Below are positions 25,850 to 40,300 of a stretch of 64,000 nt of DNA, piece by piece (position 1 is the first letter of the stretch; the number at the start of each line of letters is the position of its first letter). The notes beneath the pieces were generated by a model. That model searched no databases and was not told the origin of the DNA. It saw only the letters and a list, made by a program, of their open reading frames with translations. This stretch comes from Epiperipatus broadwayi (lineage: Eukaryota > Animalia > Onychophora). The DNA lies in assembly GCA_028023455.1 (NCBI GenBank), contig JAQFVV010000003.1:29698001-29762000 (forward strand). Reading direction: 5' to 3'. Made by a program: the position numbers and the translations under genes.

Positions 25850-28800
25850 TTTTATAAAAAATGAAAAAATAAGAGATAAGCTATGGATATTTGAAGAACA
25901 AAGTAAAAAAGAAGAGCTTTAAAAAGGTGATCTTTGTTGATATTTAGGACATGTTTTTAGGCAAATGGCTAATGAAAATAATGATGATTTACAAGAACAA
26001 TTCTTCACTCATTGCAAACTTGAATAATCAATAAATACTAGATGATAGTGCTATTACATCCTTATATGACAAAATAATGAAAGGGGTCTGCCTATATTCA
26101 ACTATCATTCATAAATGAGTATGGTCATTCCAACTCCAAAAAAAAAAAAAACCCAATAACAAACAAAAAAAAATCCATAAAGAAAAAAATTGCCTGAGAA
26201 ATGAATTTTGTGATAAGTATACAACCAATCTGTAAACTGCAAATACATTAACATGCAGAACATGGTGGTCCATTTTTCTATTTGATATTTTGTGAAGTTA
26301 TCTTTTAATTTTCTTAGTAAAAAAAAAACTTTTCTTTCTGAAATGCTACAATGCCATGAAAAAACTGTGCTCAAGATTATCTTAACACTCTTTGAGGAAG
26401 TATTGAATTGTTAATTTATTTTAAAGATTCAATTCAATGAAGATGTGATTTTACAATAGTATTACATCCAGAAAGTTAAAAAATATATTAATTGATTTTA
26501 TGATCTTGTCATTGTATGTTTAAAATTTTGTGGCACCTCCTTATATGAAACTTTTCTAATACCTTTATAATTCATCAATAAGATATCCAAATCTCTTTTT
26601 CATGCAATAAACTAAGTAAAATAAGAACTCTATGTACAACTAACTTAGTGATAGTAATTGTTTCTCTGTAATGAAATATTCTAATTTTTAACTTGTTAAA
26701 CACAACAACTAAGTCCACCTCTCTTCCTATTCATAAAACTACTAGATATTTAAATTGGTTTACATTCTCAAGATGATAATCATCCAAACTAAAAGTTGCT
26801 GAGAAATTTTCTTCCATCACTGCTGATAAAGAACTTAAGCGTTTGAACATTAACTAATAAACCAGTCTTTATATATTCCATTCAAAACATTAAACATATT
26901 CTGTAGATCATTTTTTGAATTAAAAAGTAAATCAATCATTAGCTTACTGTAAACACAGCATCCAAGAAGATGATATTTTTATTTTCACTTTTAATCAATT
27001 CAAATTAAGAATTCCACCATCAAACTTGTATTGCATTCTGATCCCTATTTCATTAAGCTATTTATAAATAATTCTAAAGACCAATGTGATAAAAATGGAA
27101 AACAATGCTGGAGCAAGTACATATCCTTGTTTAACACCAAATTTCATTTCACCTGACTTTCCATTTATATTAATAACCCTTCCATTCCATCATGTAGAAG
27201 CTGTATATAGTAATTTCAATTAATTCCATAAACTTGTTTGATTAACTGAATCAAATGCCTTGACCAAATCAATAAAAGCAATATATAAATCACTTCTTTG
27301 TTTCTAAAACTTTTCTTGCATTTGTCTAGCAACAAAAATCTACTTATAATCCTTCTTAATTTGCTAAAACCATTCGGAGCCTTTGGTAATTATTCATCTA
27401 TGGCTGAAAGAAACCTATTCTACAAAATCCTTTAAAGATTCTTTGCTATAATGGATAATAATGATATTCCACGATAATTGCTACAATCTTATCTACTCCC
27501 TTCATTTTTTAAAAAATATAACACGACACAACTTCGTGAATCCACATACTTCTAAAAAACTATATTTTTGAAGCTAACATATCATCACTATATTTTAGAA
27601 CTTTCCAGATATTTCATCAGGAATTGCAGCTTTTCCATTCATAAGATTACAATGAAATTGTTTTGAGTTCACTAAGCTAAATGAGTAGATAAAATGAATA
27701 TATCATTAAAAGTCATTATCTCAATTTTTGTATCAGTAATCAAAAAATGATCAAAATAATCTTTTAATCTGTTCAAAATATCACAGTCATCATATAAGAG
27801 AATATCATTGCTGGATTTAATAAGAACTATGATATGATTTACCATATGTTGTTTTCAGTGCATTAAAAAAAAGGGGGGGGGATGATTAATGAACCGTATT
27901 TTTTTTCTAATTTTAATTCACCAAGCATTTTTAAAGCTTTCTTGTTAGTCACTGAACTTCTGCTTTCAAATCTCTATATTTATTACGAAATTCCACATTT
28001 AATTTATTATTCTACTAAGCAAAAAATGCCATTTATTCCTTTTAATTAAATCTCTAATAATGAAATCATTGTCAGAAAAACAATTATGATTCTTCTTTTT
28101 AATGAACTTAAGAACAACATATGTACTTCTATCCATAAATTCTTTTGAGAGATTTCACATATCAGTAACATGTCAACTCTGAAGATTCTAATTAGCAATT
28201 TTAATTTCAATATATGTACTTTTTCTTGTAAATATGATTGGAATAAGATCTACTTCTAATTTATGCTCAATCCAACAATCTGCAATTGTAAGCGCTCACA
28301 TAATACGATCTCTTGCACTTTGATTCATAACTATAATGTAATCTTTTAAATGCTATTATTTAAACTTGAATGCATCCACATTCTTTTATAGTGATTTTTT
28401 TTTTTTTGCCTAAACAAAATATATGTGACAATCAATCTATGTGTTGTGCAAAATTTAATAAAAGACCATTTCAATTTGCAGCACAACTTTTGGCCAAAAT
28501 ATATTACTTGTAACAACACATGCATTAAAGTCTTCTCAAAGAAAAATTTGATCTTTTAATGGTATTGCTATAATATCTATCTAGTAAGAAATAAAAGCGT
28601 TATTTGAATTCTTTGAATCTAATGTTGAAGCACATGCAATAATAAAATGAGCACTAATATCAAAGTTTTAACACCATTAGCCTTTCAATAATACAATATA
28701 GAATACCAGAAATAGAAGTTACTAAATTAAACTTTATAGTAAATTCAACAATACAAATTTTTTTTTCAATATCTGCTCTTCTAAAAAAAAATTATAATCA

Positions 28801-29000
28801 TCCATTTGTTCTATTAAATTTCCTTTTGCTGAAAGAGAAGCTTTACTAAGACAGCTATATCAATTTTAAATCTTGACAATTCCTTAAATTCCAGCTTTGT
28901 CTTCCACTCTGGTCTTGAAGAATTTGTATTCAATGTAATTATACATTGCCTGCTGCTTTACCATTGCTACTGATATTATTATTTCTACCATTTTAATGAA
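25850..29000 (-). mobile_element. Decayed near full-length RTE-clade LINE (APE endonuclease + RT)
   Basis: Minus strand in order: ELSRFKIDIAVL (EN, ~28.85 kb), DCSNYRGISLLSII, IFVARQMQEK..DLYIAFIDLVKAFDSV, GVKQGYVLAPALFSIF, GIRMQYKFDGGILNL. Many stops. Confidence 0.8.
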
Positions 29001-29149
29001 TAATCTGCTAGGCAAAACAACCTAGCCAGATTGATATGACATAGGACCAATTTAAATTACATTTTTTAAACTCCTTTCATTTCTAAGATAGGCAGGATCC
29101 CTAAATAGGGCTACCTAAACATATAATCTTTGTCAACTGGAACTCCTGT

Positions 29150-29660
29150 CTCAAATTTAATTCCAAACTGACTCATTAGTGATTATACTATCTCAAACAA
29201 AGATTATAAATAAGAACTGCCAATCTAAAATAAGTGTCCCCACTACTGTTTTATTAATTCTTAAGGGCTTGAACTAAAAAAAGAAAAGAAAAAGGAAACT
29301 GAAGCCAGAAATACTATGTAGTTAAAGGATGGGAAATGTGACTGCACAAACACACAATTCCATAATTACAATTAATATAGGGTGATGACTGATAATATGA
29401 ATGGCTCATGATGACTGGTCCTATGACTAACTTATATGACTGAAGAAGAAAAATGAGACAGCAAAGTATATATAAAAAACCAGTACCAACTACAAGAAAG
29501 CAAGAAGTAATCTTGATTGAGCACTGTTTATTTACTATTTATAATTAATCATATCTGAAGATCATTCCACTATTTGCCTCCTGAGGAGCCCACTGCTAAC
29601 TAAAGCATAGCACCTGATGAAGGGGTCTATAGCTAACATAAATTAGTGTCACTTAAAACA
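29150..29660 (+). mobile_element. Possible Penelope-like 3' relic with degenerate hammerhead
   Basis: GLEL-like endonuclease tail, a TATATAAA-containing tail, and AGCAC-CTGATGA-AGGGGTCTAT at 29614 with the GAAA box eroded. Confidence 0.35.
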
Positions 29661-29949
29661 TAGTTTCTGATCTGTGTCACATCAACTTGACTACACAAGC
29701 AAATTGACTAAGATTTTTGAACTTCAGATTATTAACCTGATAATATAAAAAAGTTTAAGGTGAATGTATTAGTTTGTTTTGATTCTTGAATTCTCACTGA
29801 CAAAGATCAATACACACACACAAAAATGCTGATAAATATTACTACAATGCAAGAACAGTTAATGAATTAAAAAAAAAAAAAAAATTAAATTTACTTTTCA
29901 TCCTGCTTATTAATAATTCTGAATTTACTCATAAGCTATAATGAAAAGC

Positions 29950-30650
29950 GGTAAATAAAATCACTAAATACTAAGTGAACACAGACTGCCACAATTAGTT
30001 TGTTCTTTTCTTAAGAGACAATGTATTTGATGATAATCTTAAAATCATCATGTATATGACATGACTTTTTAAACTTTTAATGATAACAGAAATGCTTAGA
30101 ATTAAAAGCCATTTTATAATCTTCAAATCTGATGTAAAATGTAATTCAAATTCGCAAATTGTTTCAGTTATTTTTTCTTAATATGTGAATGCGATTTACT
30201 GTCTCAAACTGTTTTTAAATCTAGATGGTTCCTTTAATTGACTTAAGGCCCAAGTTCTCCAACAATTATCTATAATAATCTTAGTAAATATCTTAAATAA
30301 AATAATAAAAAAATGATACATTTTTCTTATATACTTCAATTATTACAACAATCTTCCAGTAATGTGATATAGCCCCACTATTTACATATTTTGTACATAA
30401 CTTTGCCAACAACTTATCTATTTTTCACTTAGACTTTTAAAGCTATATTCAATAATTCTAATATTTTCTAAAGCTGTTCCATTTTTAATTGTTTTAATGG
30501 CATGCTTCACTACTTCATTTAAAATATGTAAGTGATATTGTTGTATCAGTTACTTTATTATTATATATTTTCTTTTAAAATTCTGAAAATTTTACAGTGT
30601 CATCCCTGTTATTAGTAATCATATTTCTTTTTATTTATAAAATACCTTTT
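29950..30650 (-). mobile_element. Decayed non-LTR RT N-terminal fragment
   Basis: ILNEVVKHAIKTIKNGTALE followed by HYWKIVVIIEVYKK resembles EEVxxAIKxMKNGKAPG...WKxAxIxxIxKK. Confidence 0.5.
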
Positions 30651-33600
30651 CTTCCAATACCAAGATATCATTTTAAATCTTGTGATTTTTATAATGTTTA
30701 AAAATGTTTAGCATTTTTTTAAAAAATATTTCTAAAAGTATAAATAATAAAGATATAGTAAAATAAATATATTATTCATTTAGTTATCAATATGTTTTTA
30801 CATAAAAATCATATTTCAACAAAGAGAAAATTACATGGCTAAAAGGTTAATATTTTTATTTTGTGACAATGTTAACTTTAATTTTGCAAATACTGTAATG
30901 AACAACAAATGAAAAATCTTTAAAATCATAATTAAACAATTTATAAATGCTAAAAAAAATTTAAGACATTCTATTGAAAAATAAATTTATATTTGTTTTG
31001 TGTAAAATTTCATTTCAATTCAAAAGTAAGAGCTTTTATTTTCACAAGTGCATAAACAATCAACACTGATTCCTATCAAACTTTATTTCTTTTTACTATT
31101 CTAATTCTGGGGAAATTTGACTTTAGTTAATAAAATTCAAGTAAGACAAGTCCTATTCAAGATAAAAATAATTATTTATTTTTATCTTCTTTTTTTTTTA
31201 ATAAAAAAATATTGCTCATGTATAATATATTTAGATTTTTTACATTTATGTAAGACATAATAGTATTTTACTTTATAGTATCCATGCTAATAAAATAATA
31301 AAGATAATCTAAAAAACTTCCCTGAGTATTGCATTACATGTGAGAAAATTTTTTTTTGAAGTTAATGTATTTCTTACTAAATTCTATGACAACAATGATT
31401 TTATTTGTCTGTAGAAATATGTATAGTTTGTTTAAAAATATATGAAAATTAAGAGTAATTGTTATTGGTTGTTCTTATGAAAAATTATGTCTAAAAGAAT
31501 TCATTTAAACAATACGTATAGGTGAGTTTTGCCTGTTTTAAACAACTACATATGCAATATTTCAAAGATTTCTTTCTTAAAAATAATATTTTTCAGAGTG
31601 GAGAAATATTTACTTCAATAATAATAATATTAATAAAATTCAAATTCAAACTGCAAATGAGCAATAGTAATTTACTTTAGGATAAAAATAAATAAATAAA
31701 TTATAAGTAAATATCAATAAAATTTATGAATAGTTAGCCACACAAAAAATTGAGTTTAAAATGATCCATTAATGCAACTATTACAATGGCTCAAAAATTA
31801 GATTATTTTCTTAAAAATAGCATTTTTCAAAGAAATGCATGAACCATATTTAATTTTTGCCAAAAAAAAAAAAAAGAGAGAAATTTAATTCATGTTGCAA
31901 ATGAACTACATTAATTAAAATGAAAAAAGTTAGAAGTAAATAAGTAAATTTAAATTATCTTGAAAACAGACAATAAAATTCAATAAAGTTTAAATGCAAT
32001 ACATCTTGATTATTAACATAAAAATATGACTCGTGCCCATTAATAAATATGCCTCATACAATTTATGCATAATACGGAACATAGCAGGTTTGTGGCTTGA
32101 GATTTGTACTATACATATGAAATAAACTTCAATAAAACTGGTTTATTAATTCCTATATTATAAAAAAATAAAAATACAAAGACAAAGATGAGATTAAATA
32201 TATATAAAGATTTATAGTTTATATTTATTCAAATAGTACAAATAAATTTATATAAATACTATTATAAACAAAAAAATAAAAGAAAAAATACCTACATAAA
32301 AAAAAAGAAAAGAAAGATAATACACAAAAATAAATCAAGCACAAAGCACAACAATTATGGTATAATGGTAATAAATATATATTGATATTTAAACATTCAG
32401 TATTTATTTAATTAATCTTATGTTATTTTATTTCATATACAAGTGCTATCTAATATTTTTTTCATTTTTTCCCCTTAAGGTTGAATGGGAAGAAATATGA
32501 TTAATCTTTAATTTCAATATTCATTACAAATATGATGTTAAAAATATTCGCAACAATTTCAATTCATGTATTATTAATCTTCAATTGTAAAAGTCTCTTG
32601 ATGCACACACATGAAATAATGCTTATTTTCTGGAATGAGGAATTTTTGCTTTTTATTGAAAAAATTATTTATGCTGTTGGAAAATCTTTAAAAAAAATTT
32701 GCTTCTCTGCATTATGAAAAATCTTTTATAATTGCAAGAATTCCATTATGATTTACCAGAAACTTTCCCTTTCTTGTATTTTCAATATTATGATAAGACA
32801 GAGGCTCTAAATTTCTCTTCAGATTCATAAAGTTAATTATTAATTTACAAATGAAATTAAATATTTTCAATTTCTCTTTGAATTATTTGTTTACTTCTGG
32901 TAATCTGTATTTCTTTCATTGTGTTCATTTATCAAAAAATAGAATATCTATCAACACTGGACATGGCATACAATGACTTTTGGGTTAAAATTAGGGTAGA
33001 TTTCAAACTAACTATCATACTATCCTTGATTTAATTTACCATATAACAGAAGGATAAACTACCCCTCCCTGTTGGAATTAGAGTATAATTATGTTTTTAG
33101 ATTAAAATTGCATTAAATTCTCAAACCAAAGATTTTTCTTCTTTTTAAATAAAAAGTCTTAAGAATTTGATTTCTAATTATTCTATCTCCAAAAATAATA
33201 TTTTAATATTATAATACTTTAAGACAGGGGTTCTTAAATTTTTTTTGTTTCATAAATCCTTTTGCCAATCAGGTAAAAGCCACAGACTATCAGAATGTAG
33301 TGGCTGATAGTTTTATAATACTCAATACCAGCATTTTAAGGTTATTCAAAATTACATTTTACAATTTTCCCACAATTTTACTATCTGATAACTTAATGTT
33401 CAAACAGTCTCTTTCAGCAAACATTCAGAAATTAGAATTTTCCCATGGAGTAATAATCTCCTCCTTATCAACCTTTTTGCAGGAAATTATCCATTGTATA
33501 CAGAACATGCTACATCAAATATTGTGTATTATTAAATAAATATATTACAATCACATCAACCCATCCTAACAAAAATATTTTTAAATGCATAAAACAAAAT

Positions 33601-33666
33601 TTCAAAAGAAATTAGTTACATATATTGAAATATAGTTAGTAAAATAAATAAATGATATAGTCCTTT

Positions 33667-35709
33667 TGTAACGGTCAGAGTTCGTATATCTCGTTAACCA
33701 GTTGCATCTTCCCTCCACTACAGTCAAAGAGCAGCACTACAGGTGGGTTCAGGGCCTGCAATGCTGAATTCGAATCTAGTAGATTGACAACACAACATAT
33801 AACTACGGGATAATGTACTTGCCACAACATTAGCAAACATCTTTTAGGCCATGGGGGTCAGGGAGATATGAGACTCTACTAATTCAATTATACTAATATT
33901 ATTCTAAATCTAATGAATGGCCTAGTTATATCTGATTGATTTTGACACAAGACACTATGGCTATAAGACATTAAGGAAATAGATATGTAGAGATAATTTT
34001 AAACTATATTTAATATTAATATAAATTTATTTACAGACATGGAGTTTGATCTTAGTCAATACTCCTAATATGGCATGAGTTTACATTATTAACACATTAA
34101 GCATTCTACCTGTCCCTTTGGATATTTAATGGTAGCAAATGGTCATTTCATGCCCCAGACTAAGTACATTAGCTATCATGTGAGATAAGAATTGAACGGG
34201 ATAAACGGCTACGAATCAACTTATCCCAACAATAGATTATATATAAAGTTTTATATTAATGATTAATTCTACAGGGGGCCTGTTATTTGTGAGCAAATGA
34301 CGTGGGAAGCTTGGAAGTGAAATCATAAGCAGAGAATAAAAGAATAGTTAACTAGACGAGAGATGGTATTGATAGAGATGCCATATAATAATATAACAGA
34401 GTGAAAATGATGACTCACTCCCAAGGCCCACATTTATGAATGATTAACTTACAAACCCTCAACTAACATTAGATTGGTTTAATTATAAAGTCAAATTCAA
34501 TGAATACCAATCGAAATTAATAATAAAAGGATAAAGATTACAATGCTAGCATATTTCTATTGTTTAGCTAAGATATCTGCAGCACAAATTATGGGACAAC
34601 CACACCCATAGCTAAACATGAAAACCAGTTGCGTCTCTAATGTTAAGATAATTTATTAATATATAAGATAATACAAAAGCATATAAATGTGACGCATCCG
34701 AAAAATAATTTATAAAATATAAAGATTATATAATTTCTGAGCTAGACACTATAACTATAAGATTAGTTTTCTATAAATATATTATTTAATAACTCTGCGC
34801 ATTTTGGCGAAGGCTAACATTTAATAAAATTAAGAGGTTAGGTTGGAAATTATTGAGGCATGAAATTAATTATGTCAATAAATAAATAAATATAGAATTG
34901 AATACTCAAAGAAAAGAAAAGATCGTGGAGTCATTAAACATTACAAGGTTACAGATTTTAAGAAGTTTGGTGATTTAGGATTCACATGAGCAGAAATTAT
35001 AGAGAAATATTATACATTAAAGATAGGAGTTCTAGTTTGAATAAAAGAGTGTGAAAGTTCTTAAGAGATTTTGGGTACCGGTTACCTTGGATTTAAGCAG
35101 AACATGCACGTTTCCGAATGGTCCTCTTTTTCAGGAAGGATGGCGCAGTAGTTTTCCATTAATAGTTCATTCAATGATCATAACTGTAAGCAGAAGTTGG
35201 TTAGGCAGCAATATACGGATTACAGCAAATGATTTTAAGTCATTTTAAAGCAAGTAGGAATCCAGTGCATCTCCCTCTCAGAAGGAAATAACTAATGCCT
35301 ACTACTCGGGCATCGCAATGTTATACGTGAAAAACATATTTTTAATAAGAAACAGATGGCAGATTAGACATTTAACATTAACTTAGCTCGACATCGGAAT
35401 GACTCAGATAGATAGCCAGCCCATTTTCCTTTAAACAAGACTTTATATACCTTTTCTCTTTATTTCGCGGATCCATCGGACATTGCGTATTTGTTCGCCT
35501 TTCAGGTCCGCTTAAAATACCCGCAGGTAAAACAATGCATTAAGAGCATATGTTCCATTTGTCATTTCAATCCGAACATTTCACTTTACTTTATTATGTA
35601 TTTTACCTATAACATCATTATAATGCAGATGTTTTTCTTAAAACTAATTAAAAGCTTTTAGGAACATTTCTCTCTCTTCTATTGTCTCTCTCCCCATCCA
35701 TGACTTACA
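33667..35709 (-). mobile_element. Candidate ~2 kb LTR-like sequence
   Basis: CpG-richer block bounded by TGTAACGG and GACTTACA, with a minus-strand TATATAAA at 35442-49. No TSD found, so boundaries are uncertain. Confidence 0.3.
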
Positions 35710-36134
35710 AGAATACTTAGTAGGGAATTTCTATTTTTAATACATTTAAAAGGTTCAAAACAACTTTTCAGATTTTATAAATTAAAAATGTTATATAACT
35801 TTGACCTAAATAATAATTAACGCAAAATATTAAATACTCCAAATTTAATAAATTAATTTCAGTGCGTTATCTCATATTGGAGTGTGTGTGCATGAGGCAT
35901 ATTTAACAAGCTTTTTATACATATAACTAATACTATTATATGCACACAGTCCAATATTGAGGGTTTAAATTTAGGTGGGATGGGTAGAAAACGATAGAAC
36001 AAATATGACAGGTGAAACTAAGATTCGAACTCGAATCTTACAGTTTCACTATATGTAAGGGTGGAATATCATGCAACCCAATACAGCAAAAATTTAAGAA
36101 AGTTAAATTTTATTTTTAAAACTATCTCAATATA

Positions 36135-36563
36135 CAAACTGTTATTGTTTATCTTGAATAAGAACATTAAACTGTGGTGTGGTATTTAACAAGGAAGCGT
36201 GCATATCATGTCAAACAGCTAATTGAGTTTGATTTGTGTTTTCATTACAAGTATTGAAAATCCAGATTAACAAAAATATATTGTTTCAATTGGAATCAAA
36301 GTTTCCAGTTTGTTTTACAAAATGAGAATAGTTTCTTCTCGCAAAGAACACAAGAATTCTTCAATATTTTATGAATTAAATTCCAATTGTAACAAATTTT
36401 TAATCTTAAGATCTATGGATTCATCTTTAGTTAAATCAATATCTTTAATATAGTTTATATAATAAAGAAAAGAATTGTGGAGCCATGATTTAATTTTTAT
36501 GTCATCAAAATAGAAATAATTTTTAAAAGAATTCTGTAATCTTTTCCAAGTATTTGCAGATAT

Positions 36564-36595
<32 letters not shown>

Positions 36596-37346
36596 TTAGA
36601 AAATCTCAATTCTATCTTAGTAAAGCACTTCTTCCAATAATAGAAAGTTTGCAAAAATGTCAGCCCTCTATTATTTTCTTTCATACTGATAACTTTGTCA
36701 AAAACGTTTATATTTCAGACACATCTCTAATGATGACTTCACAAACTTGAATGAAAAAATTTATCTCATTCATATAGTGAAAAATATCTACCAGGTAAGG
36801 CAGCCTATAAATAATATCCTTTTTTTAAAAATGTTCTAGAGTAGATTTTCTTTCTCTTTCAGAAAAAGTGAAATTTAAATACCTAATTAAAATAAACACT
36901 TCAAGATCTACTCTTTTGAAAGTCAGCATATTTTTATGTGGTAGAGATAGAGTAACAATCTGTTACCATTTCTTGGCAAAAACTTTTAAAAATATGAAGA
37001 TTCAAATAATTTTTTTTGTTATGGCTGTAGATAAAACTTCTTTCACAGTTGTTGGAAAAGTTTTTGATGCCAGTGCACATCTGTGCAAAATTTTAGCAGA
37101 GTGATGACTTGGCGGGCCTTTTCTTTTTATTATTAAAAATAATAAAACCAGATGCATTGCAAGACCTCCATCAGTGTGACAAGAATAAAGTTTATCCTTC
37201 CAATCAAAGTATTTGTGAAAAAAACTTTTTACCACTTCAAAAACTGAAAAAAACTCATTAAAGTAAGAATTATTTGATGACATCAGAATACATGCAGTGA
37301 ACAAAAACAAGAAGCTGGCTGCATTGAGAAATATCTATATACATAC
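36135..37346 (-). mobile_element. hAT (Charlie/Buster, ZBED5/FAM200-like) transposase relic, catalytic and C-terminal part
   Basis: DISQCSQLLVFV, FDWKDKLYSCHTDGGLAM, LHRCALASKTFPTTVKEVLSTA (ORF 37002..37310), IFKSFCQEM, then ...TTPQFNVLIQDKQ. Frameshifted. Confidence 0.9.
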
Positions 37347-40300
37347 TGTAACATTTATTTATATATGTTACAAATATATTGGCATTTGGTAAAAGCTAAA
37401 AAAGTAAATTTCGATTTTTTTTGATTAGTATAATTTTTGTTAAGAGCGTACAATGAAAGTTAAATTATTCTTCGATATTTTTTTAATTAGTAATAACGTA
37501 ATTGGAGAGAACAAAAAAGAATTCCAAAAGCAAGTACAAAGATAAGCTAAAAGAAAAATATTTCTAGCTAATTAAACATGGCCGAAAACTTGATAAGAAA
37601 ATAGAGACTTTAGTACATAAAATTTTAAAAAACTGTATAAGATTAGAAAGGCATGGTACGAGCATGCGCAGAAGCCCTAAAACTGGATATAAAAAGGAGG
37701 GATCCGGTTGAAGGAGGGTCTTGTTCGTTTTATTTCACTAGTTGGTCTTGGATAACATTAAATGTTATCCAAGATCACTCGTCACCGAAGGAATTCGGCA
37801 ATGTCGCAGTGAACCGGAGCTCCTGAAAACATCAGACCTAATGATGTACCCCAGGAAAAGCCTTCGTGACCAACTGGGAAATGGACCACAAGAACAAGCA
37901 AGAACCGAACGGCCGAGCTCATTATTACAGAAAACTATGCATAGTTCGCTACAACATTCGTGAATTCACAAAGCTTACCGGTAAGTTAAGAATAATAACC
38001 CTGATTGTGACCAAGTTAAATAGTTAAAAAAAACTACTCGTGAAAATATAGCTATAAAAGGAATCCTGATAGTGACTTTATATTTCTATATGAGAGACTC
38101 TTAATTAACCAAGAACTTTTTGCTTATTTTAAATGATATTGATATTTTCTATATATTTTCCACCTAAATTAAATGTGTTCTCTCCAAAGTATTAAACAAT
38201 ATTTAACCTAGAAATGTTTTATTTTGTTAGAATAAAAGAGATTATACTTTTATCAACTTTTTTTTTATTGTGCGTTATTAATAGAAGTTATTATTTTTGT
38301 TATTAGATTTATTTTAGTGAAATAGGATTTAAGTGTAAGTTACCTTTGCCAATATGTTTCAATACGCCAGGGCTAACAATCGTAAAAAAAAAAATATTAA
38401 TTCTCATTACGGTAGAATTACCGTACAAAATAAAAATATTATAAAAGGATCTTTTTATTTTTCTTTGTTTTACAATTTGCGAGAGGTGCTGGGGATATTT
38501 CAGCGGATTCTTAGGAATCCTGGCGCCCATAGGAAATAAAATTAAAAGTTGATTTATGTCTATGGTACAAATTCGTAATCAATTAATAGGCCGGAGTCGA
38601 TCAGGAAAAATAGCTGTGTTAAGAATAGAAATACAACTTTCTTTTTTTTTCTTGATACAGTTTGATCAACTCACGCTCAAATATATATTTGGGGCGTATA
38701 GTGGTCTAGTAAAACGGAAAACGCTACAATGGCGACCCAACTCGGGCTTCGATTTAAAAACCACGACCTGAGAAAATCTAAAAACGGCATAAAATTGAGT
38801 ATTTAATGTCTGTAGCCGGAAAATAAATTATGATTTTTTTGAAAAAAGAAAAAAATTATATATAAAAAAAAAACTAACTAATTAAACCCTGATTATTAAA
38901 ATATGAAAGAAGATATTTTTTTAATATGACTTCCAGAAAGAAAAAATATATATGTATATTTTTTTTATATATGTCTAAAAAACACGATCGTGGCTGATGT
39001 AGACGTAAGTCACAAGTATTTGACCGGTAGGCGGTTACTGAAGAGGGGAATAACATAGCCCCGAGTCCTTATCCGCAGTATATGAACATAAGACCGTCTT
39101 TAAATGCTCGTCAGACTATTTCTAGCAGAGATCCCAATAAAGGGGAAGGCGGACAGTTGGACCAAGTTCCACGGGCCTGTAAGACTCAGAACGATGAGCA
39201 ACGCTCGTTTGTGCTTATAACTTGGGCTTCTTATTAGTAATAGTACACTAAGCGAATAGGACACAGATGAATGCTGAAATATTTTCCATTCCCGCCGCGT
39301 TAGACCTAAAAGTGGGCATTAAAGCCGAACGTCGCTTGTGAATGAGTCTACACAATATATCAGCACGCTACTACAGAAAAAAAAATACGAATATGAATTT
39401 AAAAAACTTAAGAATAAAATTAGTGTAAACCCTTATTTTATTCTCATCTCCTGGCACTGGTGGTATTGTAACATTTATTTATATATGTTACAAATATATT
39501 GGCATTTGGTAAAAGCTAAAAAAGTAAATTTCGATTTTTTTTGATTAGTATAATTTTTGTTAAGAGCGTACAATGAAAGTTAAATTATTCTTCGATATTT
39601 TTTTAATTAGTAATAACGTAATTGGAGAGAACAAAAAAGAATTCCAAAAGCAAGTACAAAGATAAGCTAAAAGAAAAATATTTCTAGCTAATTAAACATG
39701 GCCGAAAACTTGATAAGAAAATAGAGACTTTAGTACATAAAATTTTAAAAAACTGTATAAGATTAGAAAGGCATGGTACGAGCATGCGCAGAAGCCCTAA
39801 AACTGGATATAAAAAGGAGGGATCCGGTTGAAGGAGGGTCTTGTTCGTTTTATTTCGCTAGTTGGTCTTGGATAACATTTAATATGTCCAAGATCACTCG
39901 CCACCGAAGGAATTCGGCAATGTCGCAGTGAACCGGAGCTCCTGAAAACATCAGACCTAATGATGTACCCCAGGAAAAGCCTTCGGACCAACTGGGAAAT
40001 GGACCACAAGAACAAGCAAGAACCGAACGGAGCTCTATTACAGAAAATGATAGTTCGCTACAACATTGATTCACAAAGCTTACGTATTAACCCTGATTGT
40101 GACCAAGTTAAATAGTTAAAAAAAACTACTCGTGAAAATATAGCTATAAAAGGAATCCCGATAGTGACTTTATATTTCTATATGAGAGACTCTTAATTAA
40201 CCAAGAACTTTTTGCTTATTTTAAATGATATTGATATTTTCTATATATTTTCCACCTAAATTAAATGTGTTCTCTCCAAAGTATTAAACAATATTTAACC

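Noticed and set aside
32900-33550. Minus-strand RT relic (QQGGVVYPSVIW)
   Set aside because: One plausible PQG-like motif only; clade and extent cannot be supported.
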